Source: Paramecium tetraurelia
Taxonomy: Eukaryota
DNA length: 64,000 nucleotides
Reading direction: 5' to 3'
NCBI GenBank assembly: GCA_000165425.1
Contig: CT868052.1
Span: 496,001 to 560,000, forward strand
The first letter of the stretch is position 1. Every line of letters begins with the position of its first letter. The position numbers and the translations under genes were made by a program. The notes below the pieces were generated by a model. That model was not told the DNA's origin. It searched no databases and saw only the letters and a list, made by a program, of their open reading frames with translations. Below are positions 53,001 to 64,000 of the stretch, piece by piece.

Positions 53001-56000
53001 GAGGGATTAAAAGCAGATTGGTCATTCATATCAAGATTGACTAAAAATTAAAATAAAGGGGACATGAATTATGGCGATAGAACTTTGGCCATTTGGTTGG
53101 GTAAGGGATTCTATCATTTCACAACTTACTCCCACAAATATGCAAATGTAGTTCATAATATTGATCATCCTGCAGATATTGAAGGATTATGGACATTTAT
53201 CTATTTTTCACATAATCTATACAAAAAAGAAAGTGTAGCCATGATTAAATTTGGAGAAGGCAAAGTAATCAAGGGAGTGATTCCAGCTATTCATTAAGCT
53301 CCAGCCTTCTTGTAATTATATGTAGGTGGTAATAATATGAAATATGCTGCCTATAATGGGTAATTTGCAGGTATACTGTTTTCGATTGGAGAAGGAATCT
53401 TCTTGTCTGATGAGTCAGATTTGATAAAAATTATTAGATAAATTGAAAAAAGCCAAATGATTATAGTTTGGAAGTTGACTACTAAAGATATGATTGCAAA
53501 ACCCAAGTAATCCTTTGTTGCTTAGGAGACAGTATTTGATGATGTTCCATTGGTTGGACAATATTCTTGGAGTGGTTGGTTTAAATGGAAATAGATGGGA
53601 TAGCAATTCCCTTGGTATCTAATGGTTAGATTAGCAATAATTAGGAATACTAGTGACATCAAATTATTGGGAGATAGAACCTTAATGGCATTTATGGGTC
53701 AAGGATACATTCACTTTACAACTTACACCTATAAAAATATATATGGAGATGGTACACCAAATATTTGGTAGAACATAAATCACGACGGAGAACACGTTTA
53801 GTGGCATTTTGTATATTTTGGTTATTCAAGAGCGTAAAAATTGGCTTACGGAAAAATCTATTTTGATGATAGGGTTGAGTCTGTTTCATTCAAGGATACT
53901 AATCATTTCGTTCCAAATTTGTTTGCTTTAACAATAGGAAAGGATAAATGGTTTAATTAATATAATGGAGATATCGGATACTTTAGATTCAATGCAGGAG
54001 AAGGTGCTTTCTAAATGGAAAATCACGACAAAGCTTAGAATGATGTATTTGCTTTCAAAATTGGAAGAATTTCAACTATCAATCCAAATAAGCCTCCTCC
54101 TGAGGAAGTCAGAAAGCAAGAGTATTTTGACAATTCTTTGGATAGCGAAACAGTCTATACATTTGAGATATCAAAAGATATTTATGAGTAAGGTTCATAT
54201 TCACATGTTCCTGAAATAATTGGAGGAAGGGGAGAGATTACTAAGAATGACGAGTAAATTGAGGAGGAGAAAAAAGCAATTGAGAGATAAGAGTAGTAAT
54301 TGAAGAAAGAAGCCGAGAAGTTTTAGAATGAAAAATCAGTTGGAATCATTGAAAATCATTATTAGTTCCCAGATTAGGATAAATAAAGAGTGATATCAGA
54401 TGAGGCAGTCGATATTGTTAAAACTAATTCAGAATATCCAAAGAAAGATGGAGATCCATCAAATAAATCATAATAGTAGTAGCAGGAATACAAATCAGAT
54501 TGGGATGGATTAAGGTTCTATGGATATGGATTCTATTTGAGATATCTTACTATGTATCCTCAATAATTGAGAGATGGTAAAAATGCTCCTTATTATTTCG
54601 TATCACGATTAACTTGGAATCCTTAGCCTCAAGATATTGGTATGGGAGATAGAGTGCTAAGCATATTCTAAGGATAAGGATCTTACAGTTTCCATACTCT
54701 AGACAGACCATCCAATAATCCTAACTTAAGAACAATTATTCCATATGGTGATATAGATGGAGTTTGGACATTTGTCTATTTCAGTTACTCTCAAGTCGAT
54801 AAGAAGGCTGTGGCATTTATCAAGTATGACGACAGTGCTGAAATATACAGAAGGGACATTGTTTGTAATCATGGGGATGTTGAATATTTAAAGCTGATAC
54901 TTGGAGGAAAACAAGGGATATATTAAGGATTCAATGGTTAAATTGCCAATTATGCATTTAAGTATGGCAAGGGAGCGTATATAAATGATTTTGAGTTGTA
55001 CAAAAGGATTCTATCAAATCGAATTCCTCATCCTGTGGCTGATGATTATAAATTCAATCAAATCAAAATTATTGAAACTTAAGCTGGTTTCAAAGGAGAT
55101 GAATAAACTGATAGTATTAAAGAAATAGAGAGTCACTTCTAAAACGAATATGCCATAAGTGGATGGTTGAGATGGGATTAACCAATTGGAGTCCCATACT
55201 TTGCTCTTTTTAGGTTGAGTGGATTTAAAGTAGAAGATAACAACGATTCTAAATTAGGAGATAGAGACATGATGCTATTCAAACATACCTAATATTACAT
55301 ATTCTAGTCTTACAATTATCATAATTTGAATGGAGGAGGAGACTTTGCTATTAGTTGGCAAGTGAATCATCAAGAATGGGAGTAATTCTGGCACTTTTTC
55401 TATATTGGCTATAAACGAGAGAGCAAACAACTCTATTATTATGTCTCATTCATTGATGACGAATTCGATCAAGTGCATAATAACATCCATCATTACATCG
55501 TTCATAAACACTATCTCCAATTCGGTAGAGACTACAGTAAATTCTACAGCAAACATAGAGGATTCACAGGATAAGCAACTCAAGTCTTATTGAGTTATGG
55601 CAAAGGATCTTTCCAAACCAAACCCTTTAATAATGATATCTTCATGTATCTGAAAGGAGTCAAAGAACTCTTCTCCTCTCTAGAATTAATCACAAGAGAG
55701 AGTGATCGAAATAAATTGTTGATTGGTGATGCCAACAAGCAAGGCACTCTAATGGATCTAGAAATTAATGATGGTACTGATTATAACATTAGAGGATTGA
55801 ATGAGTATGGATGGGCCTTATGGTGCCGATGGTCTAGGACATTAACTCGCCCTATTCAATATAAAGATGCTTGGTACTCACTTGCTAGAATTGCCAACAG
55901 GAAAGGACATCAAGATCTATAAGTCCCAGGAGATAGAACCTTAGCCACATGGATAGGCATGGGATTCTATCTCTTCAGTACCTACACCAGAGGAGTCTTA

Positions 56001-59000
56001 CAATTGACTGAATCAATTCCTTATGGAAAATTTGAAGGATAATGGAATTTTATTGTGTTTTCCTATCGTAAAAATTTGGCCAAGGCTAGTGTTTTGTTTG
56101 GACAAGACTCCACCATTGTAGAGAAAGAGTTTAAGGTCAAGCACAACATGATTAAGGATTATTTAAGGTTCGTTGTGGGTTCAGAGTTTGGCTATAAATT
56201 CTTTAATGGCCATGTAGTAAATATCTAACTTAGAATGGGTAGCGGAGCTTATCTAAGCAAGGAAGAAATAGTGATCATTGCTAATGGAGAGTTGGGATTA
56301 CCTGCAGAATCCAAATATGATTAGACTAGAAAATCTATTGAAATTGTGAAGGATCGAATTCCTAATTCTGGGCAAGGCAGAGAATTCGATATTAAAGAAG
56401 ATGTTGCTTAAGGGAAATTGGAGTATTCAATATCTGGATGGGCCAAATGGGTGGATATCCCAGCCATTTAACCTTTGTATATGTTATATCGTGTGGCATA
56501 TTATGATTACAATGAGTTGTTGAATTTGCAAATCCCAGGATCAAGAGTCTTTTAGTGTCATAAGGCTTATGGATACTATCATTTTAATACATATACAGTG
56601 GATTAGGAGAATGGAGGAGCATGGTAAATCGTGAAGAATGTTGATTACGACATAACGTAACATAAAAATTGGGTATTTTTCTATCAAGGCTATTCTCATT
56701 AAAAGCAGTAGGTTCATCTTTATATAAAATTCCCAGGATTCGAAGAACATTATACCTTTATTAACATTAATCATTTTATTCCTCAGAGATTTAAGGTTCA
56801 TTTTCTATTGGATAGATGGAATCCAGGATTTAATGGGTTCCTTGAGAGTTGGTACTTTAATGTGGGTTCTGGATCTTATAAGGAAAGTGGATATGGCATA
56901 GGTGAAAATACAGAAACTACATTCGGATTTGGATTGCATAAACCAGCTCAACCCAAGAATTGGCAATTTAATGATAATTATGCTTGTGGATTTACATAAT
57001 AAAATGTAGGTTAAGAAGTGGAATATAAGGATGATCTACAAATAGATGGATTAGTTGAATATGGCTATGGTATGTGGACTAGGTTTGCCTGGAACACTCC
57101 AATTAAGATGATCAATAAACCAACATGGACGGCATTATCAAGATTGACAGTTAACCCAAATTATTAAGGAGATGCTGGTTAATTGGGAGACAGAGCTTTG
57201 GCTATATGGGTTGGACCTGGATACTATCATTTTACAACTTCAACTAGAGGAAATTACAATGTAGTACATAACATAGAATATAATCAAATGTTGGATGGAT
57301 AATGGAATTACATTTGGTTTGGATATAAACGAATAAATGATAAGTTGGGCACTGCCATTGGATATGTTGCTTTTGATGGTCATTTAATTAGAAAGACTAA
57401 TTTGGGTAATATTCTTTAGTAACCATTAAATGACTACTTATATTTAGCAGTAGGAAGCTCAGGAAGATACTTTTTAGATAGGTATCATCAATTTAATGGT
57501 CACATTTAAAAAGTCTCTTTGATATTGGGACCTGGAGGTTTCTTTGAAAATGAAGATCTATTGAGAAAGTAGATCCCATCTAAACCAGAATTTTTGAGAA
57601 ATCAAAAGCAATTTTCTAAAATAGTAATAGATGAGATGAAAAATATGAAAAGAGAAGAATGGGTACCTGCACCTGTTGAATTCGCTGAAGAGTTCGACGG
57701 GGCTTATGAATATTCAGTGTCACTGTGGTTCAAATGGACTAAAACGTATAGAGTGGCATGGGAAAACATATTCTCTGTGTCTTATAATGAATAAAACATT
57801 AGAGCTAATCATGCTAAACCAGGAGACAGAGTCTTATCTATGTTCTAATATGCAGATCACAGAATATTCTTTAGTACATATACAACACCTGGTAATCATG
57901 ATTAATTTGCTCATTTATACACTGAATGTCCAGTAGATATCCCATCATAATCTGAATGGGTCTATGGCTATTATGGTTATAGCAGGGATCAAAATAAAGT
58001 GATATCCTATTTACAAACTAAAACATAGAAATGCTTAAAGGCCTTATCTTGTATGCATAGAGTACCTAAATATATGGGATTATATGTAGGCAAAGATGGA
58101 ATTCATACTCCTTACAATGGTAAATTCAGCAAATTGTATTTTATGGGTCATGCTGGATCCTACATTGAAGGAAATTTCTAATCTTTTGGACCTTTTGCTG
58201 CTGGTGGAATATCAATAACAAAGCCAGCCTATTTCTGGAGTGACTGGAAGGAAAGATTTGAGATTGCTTATGATTAAAATAAAGTAATTGAATTAAAAGC
58301 AGAAGAAGTTGATGAATAAACTTCATATAGCATAGGCATGTGGACGAAATATTTCACTGCTATTCCAAAAAGATTGCTTCAAAAACCAGATTGGCTTCAT
58401 CTTGCTAGATTAACAATCAATCCTAATCATAAAAATTATGAAAATGTTGGAGATAGAACTTTGGCCCTTTTTATTGGAAGATCATACTATGGGTTCTTTA
58501 CTTATAACTCTGCTAATAACAATCCGAATATTGTGTAAAATATTAGATACGATGATAATTTTGAGGGTGAATGGAACTTCATCTATTTCTCTTATAATTC
58601 TGAATTACAGTTGGCAACTGGCTTTGTAAAATTCAGTAAACTCGATAAGATTTAAAGAATTCAATTCAGAGACATTTAACATAAACCTATTGATAACTAT
58701 GCAAAATTGGTGATTGGAAGTGAGTTCTAATATCAAGGATTTAATGGATAAATAGCCAGTCTATAGCTAGGATTTGGCAAGAAATTCTATGTTCATGATT
58801 CAGATGCACTAAATAAAATAATTCTGGAATTCTTCAAGCCTCCTGGAGAAGATGAGGACGATAACAGAAAAGTCAATATTGTAGAGGAGGTGAAAGAAAG
58901 AGCATTCAATAATGGACCTGAATACAGAGAAATCTTAGATTAGAAAGGTGCAGAGGAGTATGCCATGTATGGATGGTTTAGATATACAAGCACAGCATTG

Positions 59001-61072
59001 AAGACACCCAATAATTGTATAATGAGATTAACAAATAATGAATAAGGTTATAGAGGTGAAATAAGTAGAGTTGGAGATAGAACATTATTAGTAATGTTGT
59101 AGCCAGGTGAATATGTATTTGCAACTTATTCACTTGGTAATATTGATAACGGGTAAATTGTGAATATTCGAAAGCCAACTCCCTATAAAACTAATCTAGG
59201 TCTTTGGACTTACATTTACTTTGGTTATCACTTTTAAAAAAGAAAAGCATCAGGAATCATCAAATATCCAAGTGGTTATGCTTTAGTTCCATACGATAAT
59301 GTATTACACATGGTTCCAAATTATTTATTATTCTTCTTCGGTGGAGATGGAATGCTTGGAGGATGGCACGGTTAGATGCAGAAGGTGAACTTGTTATTTG
59401 GCAGAGGATCTTTCGTTGATTCTACTAAAGGAAACTTTGCAGAGAAATTGCCAAATCTCTAGGGAGTGGAATCTAAGCCTTTGATTTGGGATGGAATAGA
59501 CAATAAAATAATAGAAGTGCCATTACCTGACAGACCAGCATTAGATATTGTATTTAATAAAGAGGTAAATGGATTCATCGAATATGGATATGGATTGTGG
59601 ACTAGATGGTTGACTACTATTCCAAAGAGAATTGTAGAAAAAGCTCCATTTCACTAATTGATTAGATTATGCAGTACAGAGTAATACGAGGATGCTGCAT
59701 AATTTGGAAATAGAGTTTTGGCTATTTGGGTGGGTAAAGGTTATTATCACTTTACAACTTACAATAAGATTGGAAATAAGATCTCCACTTCTTAGAATAT
59801 CAATTATGATGACAATTTAGAAGGAGAATGGAATTACATTTACTACTCTTTCTCTAATAAGTAATAAGCAAGAGCTGTTGGATTTGTATATTTCAGTGAG
59901 TAATCAGGTACAGCTATCTCTCGAGTTGAGTTTTTAAATTTAGAACATGTGGCTCTTAATGGTTATGCTAGGGTTGTGGCTGCAAATAAGGAGTTTGGTT
60001 ATTAGCCATTCAATGGAATGATTGCAGATTTGCAAATTCATTTAGGAAATGGATTTATAGGTTCTAGAGAGTAATTGATCAAAGAAATCATTCAACTTAA
60101 TCCAAAGCCATCAATGAATATTTAATCTAAAATGGATGTTAATTTGATTAATACTGAAGTCATCATAAAACCAGAAGAAAAGAAAGAGATGAAATACAAA
60201 TATGATTAATACAAAGGAGTAAATGAATATGCAGTATCTGGTTGGTTGTAATCTAAAGTAATGGGTTTGACAGATGCTTATAGAAATGTATTTAGATTGA
60301 CTATCAATCCCCCAGAATTCTAGAAAGATAAATAAAATGCAGGAGATCGAACTCTATCCTTGTTCTAAAGTAAGACTAAGCTAGCATTTTCAACTTACAC
60401 ATATGGTATATTTGATACATAAGGAGATGATAGCAATGAATTTAATCGAATCATCAATTCTGGAAATAGTAATGGTGAATGGGTATTTGTTTACTTTGGA
60501 TACTAATTCAAATCGAAAGAGGCCTTTGCATATACCCTTTTCTTAAATCGATAGGATAGTGCTCAATTTAATAACATAAAACACTTTGTTCCTAATTAAT
60601 TCTTCTTCTATTTAAGTAATGATGGATATTATCCAATTTTCGATGGTAGCTTATTTGATTGGAATCTTTACTTTGGAGAAGGTGCATTCAATAAGAAACC
60701 GAAACAGATCATTAATCAATGGCCTATTGAACCTATTGGCGAATTTGAAGGTGTCATATCAGCACTCTTATCAAATTAAGGTTTGAATTCTATGAAAATA
60801 ATAAGACCTGAAAAAAAGGAAAATGAAGAAATTGTCTTTAAAAATAATTTCCCTAAATCTGGAACGATATCTGGAAATCCAGCTCCTCGTTCTGGTTAAC
60901 CATAAGTTGAGAATAAAGAGGCAAAGGCAATATCTTAAACTATTGTTAAATAACCTTAATCAGGATAGTTTGATACTGAAAAAATAACAATAATAATAAT
61001 AATAATAATAACAATTAATAACAATAAAAATAAGCTAGAAAACCATTATCTGGAATAGCAGATCAAAAATGA
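44082..61072 (+). CDS. Giant (~5,600 aa) secreted protein with 22 tandem LamG/concanavalin-A-like modules (11 A-B pairs) and a heptad-repeat stalk
   Basis: Signal peptide MKKLSVYFLLILMIAMTCNS and introns at 44395-44417 and 44657-44681. All module-start motifs (EYGYG[FY]W, EY[AS].SGWFKW) from 44892 to 60225 share one frame. Recurring motifs include GDR.L, W.[FY]IY[FY][SG]Y and GFNG. The 3' end needs a 1-nt shift near 60979-60984, otherwise the stop is at 61370. Confidence 0.88.
47420..48115 (+). repeat. Coding 21-bp tandem repeat, ~33 heptads, consensus T-K-Q-[VT]-N-Q-E
   Basis: Repeated units such as aattaagaaactaaataagtt and aatcaagaaactaaataaact. Confidence 0.9.
48540..48702 (+). repeat. 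Coding 42-bp repeat (QETNETIQQNNKTI), ~4 copies
   Basis: Direct translation QTNETIQQNNKTIQETNESISQNNKTVQETNETTQQNNKTIQETNETVQQVNKA. Confidence 0.88.
48720..48788 (+). repeat. Coding 12-bp repeat (QQTT), 5-6 copies
   Basis: taataaac(t/a)act units translating as STQQTTQQTTQQTTQQTTQQST. Confidence 0.9.
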
Positions 61073-61644
61073 AAAAATTGTATTATAGTGCTATTCATAT
61101 TTTAAAATATTATTATAACTAATATTAAATAATTATTCACATTTTCTAATTTTTATCATCCAAAGAAGTAGATTGAAATTAATTAGATTTAATTCTAATA
61201 TCAGCTAGACAATTGAATTTAATGATCGATACCCTATAAATTAATTTAAATATATAAATATATACTAGAATATATAAGCTTAATATTATCAAAATTTATA
61301 TATTGTTTTAAATAGTTCCATATTAATAAATTATAGAAATTATATGATTGACCTAATATTTAAGTAATGAATCATGCGACTTACAATAAAATTGTAAAAT
61401 CAACTATATTAACTGAATGTAGCTACAAATTAAAAATTTATATGTATGAATTGAGATATATCTTTGAATAGATTCTAAGATCCCTCATTATTATCTCAAT
61501 TTATGATTTGCTGTGAAAATTAAATTATATTATTTATAAATAATTATTATTTTGGATATTAATTATAATTTTATCAATATATAATTAATTATATAAATTG
61601 ATTAAGAACAACAGAATTCCCTTTATAAATTAAAATAAGTTAAT

Positions 61645-62326
61645 ATGTAAAACAATTACGACCAACTATTAGAAGAAACCAAAACAAAGATCCTTGCTAT
61701 GGTTGAACTTAAACCAGAAAACCAATGGACTTTAGAGTCTAACAAAGATGGCTATGTAATTTAGACCAAAACCAATCCTGAAAATGGTCTAAAAATCAAC
61801 AGAACTGAAACTAATGCTGATGTAAATCCAGAAGAGTTTGTAAACTTTGTAATTGATATGACCAGAAAACATGAGTACGATTCACATTTATAAGAGGTAT
61901 TATCTTATCTTATTGTTTAATAGGGAAAATTAATAGAAAAAGTGGATCAAAACACTTTCATATTTTATGCAAAGGGAAAACCTCCCGCAATCTTAGTAGA
62001 TGCTAGGGACTTCTGTATGGTGAGTCGAGTATACAAATTAGGTGAACATCATTTTATGACTATATGTAAATATATTAAAGACTTTATTAGCTAAGTCAAT
62101 CGAGCATCCTTAAGCACCATTAGTCAAAGGAATTCAAAGAGGAGAGGTTGTATTCTAATCTTGGATTGTAAAGAAATTACCTAATGGACAAACAAATCTT
62201 ATTAGTATAGCTAACATGAATCCAAAGGGTGATATTCCTAAGGCTCTGATTAATCAAGGTGCTTAAAAATAAGCAGAAGGAGTCAAGAAATCAATTGAAT
62301 ATTGGATAAAGAATATAAAAAAATGA
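61645..62326 (+). CDS. START-domain lipid-transfer protein
   Basis: WTLESNKDGY, RKHEYDSHL, KPPAILVDARDFCMV, SKSIEHPQAPLVKGIQRG and NMNPKGDIPKALIN. Two introns. Confidence 0.92.
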
Positions 62327-63187
62327 TTTATATATAAAATTAGTATTCAACAAAATAATCATTAAAATAATATCGGGGTTAGAATTCAATAATATCCATT
62401 AAATTAAAATTTTTTAAATTTGATAAATTAATTTTATGGCATTTCTTCTCACATTGCTATTGATTAGGACTCAAATGACAGTTCAATTTCAATTTGAAGT
62501 TTAAAAATTTCAGTCTTGAAAATATAAATTAAAAAGTCTCGATTTATTCTAATAATCAAAAAATTTCAATTTTTCTGCTATCATACTCATTGTAGCATTT
62601 CAAATGCTACGAATAGTATAATCAACACATAACCGTGCTTCAAGATAATTAATATTTACTTTGATAAAAAATGCTTGAAATTACTATCATATGTATTACT
62701 TGTATTTTTAAATTTTTATGAATTTAAAAATATAGAAGAATCCAAATTTTTCTCCCATCATCGATTAAAGGATATGAAGCATAAATAAAATTTCTATTTA
62801 TTCTTCTAAGAAAAGAAAGTGACATATAATAATAAATGGAATTACATATACAATTGTATTTTGTTAAGATATTTTATTATGAATAGATTCACTATCGCAT
62901 GATATCTACAATCTTTAATTTGTATAAAATCAACTATCTGTTATAAGAGTTTAGAAATTTTATTTTATAGTAAATATTATTTAATTCTTAAATTCAAAGA
63001 TTTTCAAATCCTATGAAATATTTAATTTCAAGAGATCTAGATGAGATATATAAATAAGAAATAGGATTCTTAAATTTAATTGAAATTAAACTAAAGGATA
63101 TTTATTATAATTATATATATAAAATGTATGTAAATGAATAGTATTTAAAATGACAAATATTATTGATATTAATATAATAATTCTTGT

Positions 63188-64000
63188 TCATATAATTTTT
63201 TACACGACTTATCTAAACACAAGGCCAGCGAATAAATTCTTTTTATTTAATATTTTATCCATAATTCTCCGTAATAGTTACTATTTGTTAACAATTTTAC
63301 TAACTTTGGTAATATTGTTATGGGGGTAATAGAATTCATATTCTTAGACTTTGTCAATATGAAAGTCATTTTATTTATCATCTTGAGGAAGACTCTAATG
63401 AGAAATTGAAGGTAAATGTTCATTATATTATGAAAAACTCTGTCTTCTTGCTTGTGGAGATTAAAATTTATCATCTTCTTCATCACTCTCATGTTGTTGC
63501 TCATAACCTGGATATCCAATTTTATTTAAGAATGCTTAATCAACTTGCACTCCTAATTGAGTTCTCATCTTAATTATATGATCATAAGCTCCATTGAGAA
63601 TACCAGTTCTTTACTATTTGTATTTAGTTTTTTTCCTAGCAAATGTTTGCCTATTCTAATAGTCATTGGTATGATAAGCAGCCAACACTTTACCGTTATT
63701 TTTTTTAAAGAAAATAAGAGGACAATTTTTGAATTAATGATGAGATTGGCAAGCCTCACAAATGATTAAGTTTGTATTTTGACCAAAAACAGTATTGTCT
63801 ATGGCATACCGATATTGTTCAAAACTGGATCGATGATTTTGAATGATAGATTAAAATTCAGAAAGATTCAAGTAAGCTACTTAAACAAAGGAAGATGCAA
63901 CAATATTGTATTGCATGACATCTTGATAAAAGAATTCTCTTTCGCAGAGTAGATTTCCTTATTGATATCTTTTGATAGACTTTTCCAATATTAGAGATTT
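63188..64000 (-). CDS. 3' part of a cyclic-nucleotide-binding-domain K+/cation channel (ciliate-expanded family), 5' end outside the window
   Basis: Degenerate CNBD end (RYQQGNLLCEREFF..YNIVASSFVQVAYLNLSEFQSII), CEACQSHHQFKNCPLIFF and DKVQEYEFYYPHNNITKV, all typical of the tails of this family as recalled. Confidence 0.75.

Noticed and set aside
60978..60990. Euplotes-type +1 programmed frameshift (AAA-TAA)
   Set aside because: TAA is a sense codon here, it is not in frame after AAA, and the shift needed is -1/+2. A homopolymer error is simpler.
704..63769. Most short ORFs in the supplied six-frame track
   Set aside because: They were computed with TAA/TAG as stops, so they are fragments of real genes or antisense and off-frame noise.
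1..64000. Germline IESs, transposons, tRNA or rRNA genes
   Set aside because: No TA-bounded insertions interrupting conserved genes, no terminal inverted repeats or transposase, and no structured RNA gene were recognised by eye. Small ncRNAs could have been missed without Infernal or tRNAscan.

Overview
This is AT-rich, gene-dense eukaryotic DNA that reads as ciliate macronuclear sequence, very likely Paramecium. TAA/TAG encode Gln (code 6), only TGA stops, introns are 21-34 nt GT..AG, and many intergenic gaps are under 100 bp. The supplied standard-code ORF track is therefore fragmented or spurious, and I re-read the genes by hand in code 6. About 29 genes are supportable: an EF-hand ULK-like kinase, two cyclins, a WD40-less MIOS/Sea4 homologue, mitochondrial EF-G1, RPS10, RNR large subunit, TBC1D31, a multi-domain degenerate adenylate-kinase-like protein, UBTD, a membrane RING protein, a trichocyst matrix protein, PEX11, a candidate CudA/p53-like factor, a mitochondrial carrier, an acid-ceramidase/NAAA-like protein with Ser in place of the catalytic Cys, a MAP3K, an HTH protein, an NRF-6-like acyltransferase, a START protein and a partial cNMP-type K+ channel. 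The dominant feature is a ~17 kb gene (44082-61072) for a ~5,600-aa secreted protein with 22 alternating LamG/ConA-like modules (11 A-B pairs) and a heptad stalk. I recognised no tRNA, rRNA, telomere, transposon or CRISPR. All calls come from manual translation and motif recall, with no database search.
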